The position numbers and the translations under genes were made by a program. The notes under the pieces were generated by a model. That model saw nothing but the letters and a program-made list of their open reading frames with translations, had not been told where the DNA came from and made no database searches. Of a DNA stretch of 64,000 nucleotides, positions 55,644 to 64,000 are shown in pieces (the first letter of the stretch is position 1; every line of letters begins with the position of its first letter). Origin of the DNA: an uncultured Acidobacteriaceae bacterium (lineage in GTDB: Bacteria; Acidobacteriota; Terriglobia; Terriglobales; Acidobacteriaceae); assembly GCA_963850865.1 (NCBI GenBank), contig CAWKMZ010000007.1:282845-346844 (forward strand). The letters are read 5' to 3'.

Positions 55644-57470
55644 ATGAGACGAATTCTGCTCGCGCTGTTGCTGGTTTTCGCAGGTGCCGCCGTCCACGCG
55701 GAGGACTACACCCTCGGCCCAGATTCCGAACCGCACGACGGCGTGCCCAAGGGCACGGTGACCCAATTCGTGCTGACGCCGGGCAAGGATTATCCCGGCA
55801 CACCGCATAACTGCGCCGTGTATGTGCCGGCCCAGTACGACGCGAGCAAGCCGACGCCGTTCATGATTTTTCTCGACGGCAGCCAGGCGCTCGGCAACAG
55901 CATGCGCGTGCCGGTGGTTCTTGACAACCTGATCGCCAAGCACGATTTGCCGCCGATGATCGCCATCTTTGTTGATCCAGGGATCTTGCCCGTAGTTTCG
56001 GATGCCGACCAGAACCGCTACAACCGCATCTTTGAATACGACTCGCTGACGCCGCGCTTCGCGGATTTTCTGCTGAACGAGCTGATCCCGGAAGTCGCGA
56101 AACAGTACAACCTGTCGAAGAATCCCGACGACCGCGCGCTGAGCGGCGTGAGCACGGGGGCGGTGGGCGCATTCATGGCGGCGTGGAACCGGCCCGACCA
56201 GTTTCACCGCGTGCTCTCACTCATCGGCACATACGTTGCGATGAAGGGGGCGGATGCCCTGCCGGCTCTGGTTCGCAGGACCGAGCCCAAGCCGATTCGA
56301 ATCTTCATGCAGGACGGGACGGCGGATCATATTTCCGCCGCAGAGCCTTACGGAACGCACTTCTCAGGAAGCTGGCCCATCAACAACCAGGTGATGTACG
56401 AGGCGCTGGAGTTCGCCGGCTACGACGCGAAGCTGGTGATGGGGACAGACGGGCACAGCACCAAGCAGGGCGGAGCGATTCTGCCCGATGCGCTGCGCTG
56501 GCTGTGGCGGGATTATCCCGCGCCGATCGTGGTGCGCGAGCCGGCGGCCGCGCAGCAGCCGGGATACGATGCGACGGACCGCGTGTTTTCGACGATCTAC
56601 GTCGACAAACCGTGGCAACAGGTTGGCGGCGATCACATGATCGACCGTGATTACGGGCAAGTTTGGAGCCTTACCTCCGATGCCAAGGGAAACGTATATA
56701 TTTGCGCCGGAAATGCCGTCGAGCGCGTCGATGCAGATGGAAACGTGACGCAATTTCTCCAATTGAAAGGTGGCGTGCAGCGCCTCAGATTCGGTGCGGA
56801 CGGCCGCCTGTACGCATCCTTGGGAACTGACGAAATCGTCTCGTTTCATAAAACTACCGGTCCGCCAAATGATCTAAAGATCATAGCCCGAGGCCTTGGC
56901 ATCTACGATTTTGTCGTCGCGCAGAATGGCACGATTTACTTTAGCGGGAGCGGGAGAACTCCATCAGGCCGAATCGATGCTTCAGGCAAAGTTGAAACGC
57001 AGGAGATGGACCGGTCAATTGTCGCGCCCATGGGGCTGGCATTCTCGCCCGATCAATCGATGCTCGTGGTGACCGACGCGATCGGACGCTATAGCTGGTC
57101 GTTCCAGATTGCAGCCGATGGCTCTCTTATCAACGGCGAGCCTTTTTATCGACTGGAATTGCCGGAGACGACGGAATCGAGCTTGCTAGGCGACCGCATA
57201 TGGAGCGTAGCCGAGGACACCAATGGCAACGTCTATTTCGCCACGCCGATTGGAATCCAGGTCGCCATGCAAAACGGCCGAATCATGCAGATTCTGAATC
57301 CGCCGGACCCAAGCACACCCGGCGCTCCCATCGCTGCCCTCGCATTTGCCACCACCGGCGATACAAACTGGCTCTACGCCGTCGAGAACGGCAAGCTCTA
57401 CCGCCGTCCTGTGAAAGTGACCGGCGCGAATGCGTGGACGGTGGTGAAGCCGCCGAAGCCGGCGCTGTAG
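55644..57470 (+). CDS. Secreted esterase (enterochelin-esterase-like alpha/beta fold) fused to a beta-propeller (SMP-30/NHL-like) domain
   Basis: Has the signal peptide MRRILLALLLVFAGAAVHA. The esterase part has the nucleophile context LSGVSTGAVGAF. The C-terminal half has repeated blade-like motifs (GNVYI, DGRLYAS, NGTIYFS, GNVYFAT). Confidence 0.78.
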   Translation: MRRILLALLLVFAGAAVHAEDYTLGPDSEPHDGVPKGTVTQFVLTPGKDYPGTPHNCAVYVPAQYDASKPTPFMIFLDGSQALGNSMRVPVVLDNLIAKHDLPPMIAIFVDPGILPVVSDADQNRYNRIFEYDSLTPRFADFLLNELIPEVAKQYNLSKNPDDRALSGVSTGAVGAFMAAWNRPDQFHRVLSLIGTYVAMKGADALPALVRRTEPKPIRIFMQDGTADHISAAEPYGTHFSGSWPINNQVMYEALEFAGYDAKLVMGTDGHSTKQGGAILPDALRWLWRDYPAPIVVREPAAAQQPGYDATDRVFSTIYVDKPWQQVGGDHMIDRDYGQVWSLTSDAKGNVYICAGNAVERVDADGNVTQFLQLKGGVQRLRFGADGRLYASLGTDEIVSFHKTTGPPNDLKIIARGLGIYDFVVAQNGTIYFSGSGRTPSGRIDASGKVETQEMDRSIVAPMGLAFSPDQSMLVVTDAIGRYSWSFQIAADGSLINGEPFYRLELPETTESSLLGDRIWSVAEDTNGNVYFATPIGIQVAMQNGRIMQILNPPDPSTPGAPIAALAFATTGDTNWLYAVENGKLYRRPVKVTGANAWTVVKPPKPAL

Positions 57471-57774
57471 AAGGTTCAGGACTCGTCCTCCACATGAAGC
57501 CGGAATTCCCCTGGGGGCAAATCCCATTGACTTTATGGTATTTATTTGCAGTTTTAAACCCTTGTCCCCCGAGGCATCCGTTCTTTGCGGGCTCATCCAA
57601 ACGCGGTGCTTGTAATTTCCCAATTCGAAACTGTTTTGAAAGCTGTACGGCTCCCGCCGCTCTGGGCGTTGCACTTCTGTCGTGCCGCACTGCGCCTTCA
57701 GTTGAAAAGAGGGTATAGTGCGTGTGTCCCGGAATCCGATGAGGATAGGGAACAAGACGAAGTGCGGAGGCACG

Positions 57775-58278
57775 ATGAAGCGCATTTTGATGTTTTCATT
57801 CCTGACATTAGGGGTATTCATCCTGGTCGCGGCCGTGGCCGCAAAAAACACCGAGGCGAAGTACAAATTCGCCGTCGTAGAGCCGTTCACGATTGCGGAT
57901 GGGGTCCAGTTTCCGCCAGATAATATCAGCCCGAAAGACCACCTCGACTCTCTGTATAGCCACCTCAGCGAAGCGCTGGTGAAGGAAAAGGTCGTCGAGC
58001 AGGTAGTTGCCGCCGGCGGAGCGATTCCCGATGCGGACGCCGCGAACTCGGTTGTTATAGAAGGCAAGATCACCGATTTTGCCAAGAACGGCCGGAACAT
58101 GGCGCACCCACCGGAGTTGACCCTGCGCATCGATATCTACCGGCAAAGCGACCATACGCTGATCGCTTCGCTCACACCGAAGTTCAAATTGGCATGGGAG
58201 ACTTGTACCAATCAGAAGTATTTTGGGAATGCGGTGGGCATTTGGGCCGTACAGGAAATCAAGAAAGCCTTGAAATGA
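57775..58278 (+). CDS. Secreted hypothetical protein
   Basis: A GGAGG RBS precedes ATG 57775. Has the signal peptide MKRILMFSFLTLGVFILVAAVAA. No family recognised. Confidence 0.65.
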   Translation: MKRILMFSFLTLGVFILVAAVAAKNTEAKYKFAVVEPFTIADGVQFPPDNISPKDHLDSLYSHLSEALVKEKVVEQVVAAGGAIPDADAANSVVIEGKITDFAKNGRNMAHPPELTLRIDIYRQSDHTLIASLTPKFKLAWETCTNQKYFGNAVGIWAVQEIKKALK

Positions 58279-58305
58279 TGGTGGTGGCTCCGTTTGCAGC
58301 AACGT

Positions 58306-58328
58306 AAAGGGCCGCCGTGAGGCGGCCC
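58306..58328. terminator. Intrinsic terminator between convergent genes (U-tract on the cox-operon side)
   Basis: aaa gggccgcc gtga ggcggccc: an 8-bp GC stem with a tetraloop. Confidence 0.65.
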
Positions 58329-58332
58329 GACG

Positions 58333-58365
58333 AGCTAAAGGCTAAAAAGCTAACGGCTAGTAGCC
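58333..58365 (-). repeat. 7-nt tandem repeat (agctaaa ggctaaa aagctaa cggctag tagcc), same family as the 42816 array
   Basis: Read directly. It lies between the coxIV stop (58372) and the terminator hairpin. Confidence 0.75.
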
Positions 58366-58371
58366 GTCTCA

Positions 58372-58758
58372 CTACCACCGTCCCCAGGCGCGCGTGAAGT
58401 AGTCGGTCATGGTCATTCCGATCAGGACTATGAAGACGAAGAATCCTGAAGCCACGGTCAGCTTGGTCAACCTGGTGCTGTATTTCACATGCATGAAGAA
58501 AAGCACCACCAGGGTCATCTTGGTGCAGGCGATGGCCAGCGCAACGACCGGATTCCAGAAGAGGGTGCCCCCGATTTGCCATCCAAAAAGATTGATGGCG
58601 ATGTGCCACTCGCCGAGATCGATGAACGACATCCAGACCGTCAGACCCGTAAAAATCAGCAGGGCCAGCAGAATCGTTCCGTAGACCACCGGGCTGACGA
58701 TGTGGTGTTCATGCTCGGCTTCTTCGTTGTGCGCGGGCTGCCCGTTGTGTTCGCTCAT
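58372..58758 (-). CDS. Cytochrome c oxidase subunit IV (bacterial caa3-type small subunit)
   Basis: Has 3-4 TM helices and an N-terminal His-rich tail. It is the last gene after cox subunit III. Confidence 0.8.
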   Translation of the reverse strand: MSEHNGQPAHNEEAEHEHHIVSPVVYGTILLALLIFTGLTVWMSFIDLGEWHIAINLFGWQIGGTLFWNPVVALAIACTKMTLVVLFFMHVKYSTRLTKLTVASGFFVFIVLIGMTMTDYFTRAWGRW

Positions 58759-58771
58759 TGCAATTTTCCCC

Positions 58772-59548
58772 TCAATACCGGCTGATCAAATAAAGCAGCG
58801 GGAACAGAAAGATCCAGACGATGTCAACAAAGTGCCAGTACAAGCCGAAGTTTTCGACATAGGTCACGTGCCCAGTTGTGTAAGCCCCTTGTCGCGCCCG
58901 GTAGATCATGAATGTCAGGAGCGAGATGCCGATGATCATGTGCAGCGCGTGCATGCCGGTCATTGCGAAATAGAGGAAGAAGTACATCCCGGTCTTTTCT
59001 GCCATGTCGGGCGCCAACGGCTTGTCGTGGTACTCCTTGTAGACCTCGGGGTCCGAGGCCGGGTTCACGAACGACGAGTCGCTCCAGTGCAGTCCGGGGA
59101 CGTGGTGCTTCACCCACTTCTCGTGATATTCGATGGACTTGATGCCCAGGAATGCCATGCCCAGGATCCAGGTGAGCGAGAGGAAGAGAACCAGCATCCC
59201 TTTCTTGCGCATCTCGGCCGACCAGACTCCCATGGCCATGGTGAAGCTGGAGAGGATCAGAACTCCCGTGTTCGCCGTGCCCCATCCGACGTTCAACTGG
59301 TGCGACGCCTCAACGAACGCCGGATAGTACCAATTGCGCATGATCAGATAGGCGGTGAAGAGCCCGCCAAAGAACATGATTTCGGTGAGCAGAAAGAGCC
59401 ACATGGCGAAGTTCGTCGTGTCCGCCTGCTGCTCGACGGATTCGAAATGATGGCGCTGATACGGCGGATGCTCGTGATGAACCTCCGCTACGGCGCTGCT
59501 GGCGGTTGCGGTGCTATCCGACACTCGCCACCTCTTTCTGCTGCTCAC
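58772..59548 (-). CDS. ctaE: Cytochrome c oxidase subunit III
   Basis: Multi-TM protein with the conserved ...[18 protein letters not shown]-terminus. Confidence 0.93.
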   Translation of the reverse strand: MSSRKRWRVSDSTATASSAVAEVHHEHPPYQRHHFESVEQQADTTNFAMWLFLLTEIMFFGGLFTAYLIMRNWYYPAFVEASHQLNVGWGTANTGVLILSSFTMAMGVWSAEMRKKGMLVLFLSLTWILGMAFLGIKSIEYHEKWVKHHVPGLHWSDSSFVNPASDPEVYKEYHDKPLAPDMAEKTGMYFFLYFAMTGMHALHMIIGISLLTFMIYRARQGAYTTGHVTYVENFGLYWHFVDIVWIFLFPLLYLISRY

Positions 59549-61181
59549 GCTCGAGCCAGTCGTAGTCGTAGGCCTCGTGGTCCATGATGGGGATCGATGG
59601 AAAGTTCTCGGTCAACGGCGGCGATTGCGTTTGCCACTCGAGGCCCGTTGCCTGCCAGGGATTGTTGCCGGCGACGGCTCCATACTTCAGAGACCAGGTA
59701 AGGTAAAGAATCGGCAGCAGGTAGCCCACGCCAAGGATGGTCGCGCCCGCGGTAGAAAAGACGTTCAGCGCCTGAAACTCAGGCGGGTAGGCGGCGTAGC
59801 GCCGAGGCATGCCCAGTGTGCCCAGGATGAATTGTGGGAAGAACGTGAAATTGAAGCCGATAAAGGTCACGACCGCTGCAAACTGTGAAATCTTTTCCGG
59901 ATACATGCGCCCGGTCCACTTGGGCCACCAGAAGTGAATGCCGGACAGAAACGCCATCAACATGCCGCCCACCATGACGAAGTGGAAGTGGGCAACGATG
60001 AAGTACGTCTCGGTCAGGTGAATGTCGGTGCCTGTAGTGCCAAGGAAGACGCCCGTCATGCCGCCGATGGTGAACAGGCCCATGAAGCCGAAGGCGTAGA
60101 GCATGGGTGTCTCAAACGTGATGGAGCCTTTGTAAAGAGTGAAGGCCCAATTGAATATCTTGATGGCCGAGGGCACCGCGACGAGCATGGTGAGCAGCGA
60201 GAAGACCAGCGCTGCGTAGTTGGAGATGCCCATGATGAACATGTGATGCGCCCAGACGAAGAAGCCGAAGACGGCGATGGCGACAGAAGAGAACGCGACC
60301 GCCGTGTAGCCGAAGACGCGCTTGCGGCTGAAAGTGGAGACGACCTCGGAGATGACCCCCATGCCGGGCAGAATCATGATGTAGACGGCGGGGTGTGAAT
60401 AAAACCAGAACAAATGCTGGAAGAGAATGGGGTCACCGCCATAGGCGGGATCGAAAACACCGATGTGCACGGTGCGCTCGAGCACAACCAGCACCAGCGT
60501 GATGGCCAGCACCGGCGTTCCCAGCACCATCAGAATACTGGCCGCATAATTCGACCAGACGAAGAGAGGCAACCGGAACCATGTCATGCCCGGGCAGCGC
60601 ATCTTGTGGATGGTGACGATGAAGTTGAGCCCGGTAAAGATGGAGCTGAATCCGGCCACGAAGATAGCCAGGCCAGTGGAAATGACATGGGTATTCAGAT
60701 AATGCGTTGAGAGCGGACTGGTGAAGGTCCATCCCGTATCGACGCCGCCCGCGGCCATGGTATAGATGACCATGCAGCCGGCGATGATATAGAGATACCA
60801 ACTGAGTAGATTGATTTTGGGCAGCGCCAGATCCTTGGCCCCAACCATCATGGGAATCACGAAATTCCCGATCGTTGCGGGCACAGAAGGCACGAGGAAC
60901 AAGAACACCATGATGACGCCGTGCATGGTGAAGACCTTGTTATAGGTGTCGGCGGCCATCAGTGAGGTCTGCGGCGTCAGCAATTCAAGGCGAATGAGTC
61001 CGGCCAGCGACCCGCCGATAAAGAAGAAAAATGTAATCGAAATCAGGTATAGCGTGGCGATCCGCTTGTGGTCGCCAGTGAGCAGCCAACTGAGCAGGCC
61101 GTTTTCCTTGGTCAGGAAGTTCATCTTCGGAACCCTGGCCGTGGACTGATCGGGAAGAACAACGATGGTGGCAGCACTCAT
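59514..61181 (-). CDS. ctaD: Cytochrome c oxidase subunit I
   Basis: Has DHKRIATLY, the [20 protein letters not shown] signature and HFHFVM. Confidence 0.96.
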   Translation of the reverse strand: MSAATIVVLPDQSTARVPKMNFLTKENGLLSWLLTGDHKRIATLYLISITFFFFIGGSLAGLIRLELLTPQTSLMAADTYNKVFTMHGVIMVFLFLVPSVPATIGNFVIPMMVGAKDLALPKINLLSWYLYIIAGCMVIYTMAAGGVDTGWTFTSPLSTHYLNTHVISTGLAIFVAGFSSIFTGLNFIVTIHKMRCPGMTWFRLPLFVWSNYAASILMVLGTPVLAITLVLVVLERTVHIGVFDPAYGGDPILFQHLFWFYSHPAVYIMILPGMGVISEVVSTFSRKRVFGYTAVAFSSVAIAVFGFFVWAHHMFIMGISNYAALVFSLLTMLVAVPSAIKIFNWAFTLYKGSITFETPMLYAFGFMGLFTIGGMTGVFLGTTGTDIHLTETYFIVAHFHFVMVGGMLMAFLSGIHFWWPKWTGRMYPEKISQFAAVVTFIGFNFTFFPQFILGTLGMPRRYAAYPPEFQALNVFSTAGATILGVGYLLPILYLTWSLKYGAVAGNNPWQATGLEWQTQSPPLTENFPSIPIMDHEAYDYDWLEREQQKEVASVG

Positions 61182-62257
61182 GGCTTGACCTCCTTCTGCG
61201 CCGCGGGCACCTTGCCCGCTGGCGCTGCTTTGCCGCCTGCACTCTCAGGAACGAGATCGGTGGTGTTGAGAGTTTGCTGAACGCGGTAATCGGAATCGAG
61301 ATTCTTGATGTATTCGACCAGTGCGATCACGCCTTCTTCGCTGACCTGGCCCTGGTAAGTGGGCATGATGGGCGCATAGCCCTGCGTAATGTGCTGCGAC
61401 GGATTCAGGATCGCCTGGCGCAGATAAGCATCGTCGGCGGTGATGGTCTCTCCCGTTGAAAGCGTGAGCCTGGAGTTGTAGACGTTTGCCAGGCTGGGCC
61501 CGCGGGCGTCTGGCCTTGTGTTGTGGCACGCGCTGCAGCTCAGGCTGGTGAAGAGCCGCTCGCCGTCCTGCGCCAGCGAGTTGCCGCTGGTTGAACCGTC
61601 GAGCCACTTCTTGAAGTCGTCGGGCGTCATCACCACTACGTCGCCGATCATCTGTGAGTGGTTAGTGCCGCAATATTGCGTGCAGAAGAGGTGATACGTA
61701 CCGGGCGTTGTGGCTTCAAACCAGACCGTCGTGTAGCGGCCCGGAATCGCCTCGCGCTTGACGCGGAAGGCGGGAATGGAGAAGCTGTGAAACACATCCT
61801 GCGAGATGAGCGTCAACTGCACTGGACGGCCCATGGGAATGTGCAGAGCGTTGATCTCGTGCTGCCCGCCCGCATGCTCGACCTTCCACATCCACTGCTT
61901 GCCGACGACGTAGATGTTCATGGCGTTCGCGGGCGGCGTGTAAATGCGGAAGTACAGCAGCGCTCCCCACACGAACATGATCAGAAACAGGCCGAGCGGG
62001 ATGATCGTCCAGGTGGCCTCGAGCACCGTCGAGCCTTCGATCTGCACCGCGTGCGGATGGCGCGTCTTGCTGTAAAGGATCGAAAATCCGACAATCAGCA
62101 GAACCACAATCGTCAGCCCCACCAGGCTGACCAGCACCATGAAGAAATAGAGCGCGTCCATTTCGGGCGCAATTTTGGATGCTTCGGGCGGAAAGAGCGC
62201 GAAGTGCGTCAACCATTTGACGAGAAACTGCCACAGTACTGGGCTGATGTGGTCCAT
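61178..62257 (-). CDS. ctaC: Cytochrome c oxidase subunit II with fused C-terminal cytochrome c domain
   Basis: Has the CuA site HSFSIP...[12 protein letters not shown] and the haem motif CSACHN. Confidence 0.95.
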   Translation of the reverse strand: MDHISPVLWQFLVKWLTHFALFPPEASKIAPEMDALYFFMVLVSLVGLTIVVLLIVGFSILYSKTRHPHAVQIEGSTVLEATWTIIPLGLFLIMFVWGALLYFRIYTPPANAMNIYVVGKQWMWKVEHAGGQHEINALHIPMGRPVQLTLISQDVFHSFSIPAFRVKREAIPGRYTTVWFEATTPGTYHLFCTQYCGTNHSQMIGDVVVMTPDDFKKWLDGSTSGNSLAQDGERLFTSLSCSACHNTRPDARGPSLANVYNSRLTLSTGETITADDAYLRQAILNPSQHITQGYAPIMPTYQGQVSEEGVIALVEYIKNLDSDYRVQQTLNTTDLVPESAGGKAAPAGKVPAAQKEVKP

Positions 62258-62261
62258 TCCC

Positions 62262-63191
62262 TTATCCGTTCACTTTCTTTGCCGTCCCCAGAGTCCCTGG
62301 TCCCGAGGGGTGATCGTGCTTGTAATCGCGACGGAACATGACCAGCATGAATCCGCCCAAAAGCACCACTGTGAGGAATCCTCCCAACTGAATCACGCGC
62401 GCGATGATCAGGTCGTGAGTGTTGGTGGTGGGATCGTAGTGGTAGCAGTAAGTAAGAATGTTGTCTACCGGCGATCCGATGCGATTCGACGAAGCCTCGT
62501 CCAGTCCCAGGAGCAAGTCCTTGGGCGAGTACTCAACGCCCATGTAGTACTGCGCCAGCTTGCCCTCCGGGGTGACGATCTGGATCGAGCTGGCGTGCGC
62601 AAACTGAACCAGGTTGCTGCCCGGCACAGTGAGCTTGACGTAGCGGAAGCCGACTGCCTGAGTGAGCGCATCGATGTTCGGCTGCGTGCCGGTGAGGAAA
62701 TGCCACCCGTTCGCGGTTTCGGGACGGCCGTAGCGCTTCACGTATTCACGCTTCTTTTGAGCGGCCAAATCGGTGCCTTCGGTGGGATCGATGCTGACGA
62801 CGATAATGTTGAAGTCCTTGCCGGGGACATAGCGAACCATCTCGAGCGCGCTGGTAAGGCCGTCGAGTTCTTCGGAGCAGAGCATGGGGCAGCGATAGTA
62901 AACCAGCGCCAGAATTGCCGGTCGCTTGCCGAGGTAGCCAGCCAGTGTCACCTGCTTGCCGGCATCGTCAGTGAAGGCGAGGTTGAGCGGCAACTGCGTG
63001 TTGAGATGCTGATCGATACCCACGCCATTGAGCAGTGTGGGCGGCCTGTCGTTGGTTGGGCCGGCCTGTTTGTCGCCGTAACTGGAAACCTGCGCGCCAA
63101 GGAGCGGAGCGCCGAGCGAAAGCACAATCGCGCCGACGGCCACCTGAGCCGTCTCGCGCCAATGTTTCCGAATTGTGCTTCCCGATTGCAT
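62262..63191 (-). CDS. SCO1/SenC copper chaperone with extra C-terminal TM segment
   Basis: Thioredoxin-fold protein with the CPMLC (CxxxC) motif and a downstream His. Confidence 0.88.
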   Translation of the reverse strand: MQSGSTIRKHWRETAQVAVGAIVLSLGAPLLGAQVSSYGDKQAGPTNDRPPTLLNGVGIDQHLNTQLPLNLAFTDDAGKQVTLAGYLGKRPAILALVYYRCPMLCSEELDGLTSALEMVRYVPGKDFNIIVVSIDPTEGTDLAAQKKREYVKRYGRPETANGWHFLTGTQPNIDALTQAVGFRYVKLTVPGSNLVQFAHASSIQIVTPEGKLAQYYMGVEYSPKDLLLGLDEASSNRIGSPVDNILTYCYHYDPTTNTHDLIIARVIQLGGFLTVVLLGGFMLVMFRRDYKHDHPSGPGTLGTAKKVNG

Positions 63192-63193
63192 CG

Positions 63194-63832
63194 CTATTTC
63201 TGCCCTTCCTGCTCTTGCTTGGCGGCAGCCTGCTCCGCCTGTTCCTGCTCATAGCTGGTACGCGCAAATCCGTTGGTCAGCGGTGTGGGCACGGTGGGAA
63301 CGCTGTCGCCGGTCATTAACTGCTGGGGGGGCGTCTGGGTGTTCACCGCCGTCGCCACGGGCAACCCGCGCTGCGCAATCAACTGCATAGCCTGCTCGAT
63401 GGGAATTCTGACTGTCCCCTTCGACTGATCGACCCAACTGTAGTTCAAGAGCAGCAAGTCTTCGCGCGCGTGCAGGTCGGCCACATCCTGGTCGCCGTCA
63501 TCGGTCAGCAATCGCGGCGTTGGAAAGGTCTGCGTGATTTCCGCAATCTTGTTCTGAAGTTCGGGGCTGGAGGGCAAATTGCCCAGTTGCCGCACATCCA
63601 CCGTCTTGGTCCACTTGCTGTTCGGCCCGTCTTCCCGGTTCATGCGGGCGTTGAACCATGCGCCGATGCCGTAGCAGAGCAATCCGACCACCGCAACGAA
63701 GATAAGGAGCGAGGTCATGAACACGGCGATCCCCGTTACGCTGGCATCGCTGCGCTCATAGCCCGCCGAGGCATCGACTTTCTCCGGCTCGCCATGATCC
63801 GGCTCGGGCTCGAATAGGTTATGCGTGGGCAT
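63194..63832 (-). CDS. Membrane-anchored hypothetical protein of the respiratory cluster
   Basis: 212 aa with one TM (IAVFMTSLLIFVAVVGLLCYGIGAWF) and a soluble domain ending in a Gln/Glu/Ala-rich tail. Its start overlaps the upstream gene by 14 nt and its stop is 2 nt from the SCO start. Confidence 0.7.
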   Translation of the reverse strand: MPTHNLFEPEPDHGEPEKVDASAGYERSDASVTGIAVFMTSLLIFVAVVGLLCYGIGAWFNARMNREDGPNSKWTKTVDVRQLGNLPSSPELQNKIAEITQTFPTPRLLTDDGDQDVADLHAREDLLLLNYSWVDQSKGTVRIPIEQAMQLIAQRGLPVATAVNTQTPPQQLMTGDSVPTVPTPLTNGFARTSYEQEQAEQAAAKQEQEGQK

Positions 63833-64000
63833 GTTCAGGCTCCAGAATCTCCGCCAAATGCGGATCGTTCACTTGCACCAGCGACCGCGTCTTGAGCCGC
63901 GTGCAGAAATAGGCCACCCAGAAGGCGAACATGGCCACGGGCACCGCAATATATTCAAGCATTCCCCAACTGAAGTGCAGGTTGCGGGCGGCGTCCTTGA
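63819..64000 (-). CDS. C-terminal fragment of a membrane protein (gene start outside the window); possibly a quinol-oxidising complex subunit
   Basis: The open minus frame reads KDAARNLHFSWGMLEYIAVPVAMFAFWVAYFCTRLKTRSLVQVNDPHLAEILEPEHAHA-stop. It is not in the ORF track because there is no start in the window. Function is guessed from context only. Confidence 0.5.
   Translation of the reverse strand, partial: KDAARNLHFSWGMLEYIAVPVAMFAFWVAYFCTRLKTRSLVQVNDPHLAEILEPEHAHA

Noticed and set aside
57186-58130. 314-aa minus-strand ORF spanning the end of the esterase gene, an intergenic gap and the 57775 gene
   Set aside because: It crosses two well-supported plus-strand genes and a spacer. It has no family, no RBS, and odd composition.
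62175-63254. 359-aa plus-strand ORF opposite the SCO gene
   Set aside because: It is an antisense shadow ORF. The minus frame has the CxxxC SCO motif and operon continuity.

Overview
GC-rich bacterial chromosomal segment. Gene content and intergenic repeat types suggest Acidobacteriota (Terriglobia-like); that assignment is inference only. About 60 protein genes are supported. No rRNA, tRNA, CRISPR array, transposase or integrase was recognised.

Housekeeping blocks:
- uppS-cdsA-dxr-rseP
- ispB-OMT, ridA, yajQ, tatD, rsmA
- yceD-rpmF-plsX
- sthA, ROK kinase
- lptD-dsbA-surA
- TPR-exbD-exbD-exbB-tonB
- yajC-secD-secF
- gatC-gatA
- class II photolyase
- a caa3-type cytochrome oxidase cluster (SCO, coxB, coxA, coxC, coxIV) that continues off the right edge

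Accessory content:
- A degenerate Rhs polymorphic-toxin locus (1-2542). It holds an N-terminally truncated rhs whose variable tip is an M23 metallopeptidase, an exported immunity candidate, and a frameshifted orphan rhs module running off the left edge.
- Two type II TA pairs: Phd-type antitoxin with VapC, and VapB with VapC. The second sits in a decayed gene remnant.
- A 1673-aa secreted propeller plus Ig-like repeat protein with an unusual C-terminal hairpin anchor.
- At least six accessory genes broken by single-nucleotide frameshifts. All long housekeeping ORFs are intact.

The least explained signals are at nucleotide level:
- An 8-nt tandem repeat (RAGGGAMC) at two gene 3' ends. It satisfies the G-quadruplex rule and is also a dense GGA-motif array.
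- A family of 7-nt tandem repeats (NAGCYNT and its complement), arranged as inverted arrays inside the cdsA-dxr and secD-secF spacers and next to the cox terminator.

I found no convincing multi-gene novel defence system. The Rhs/M23 locus and the repeat families are the best leads.
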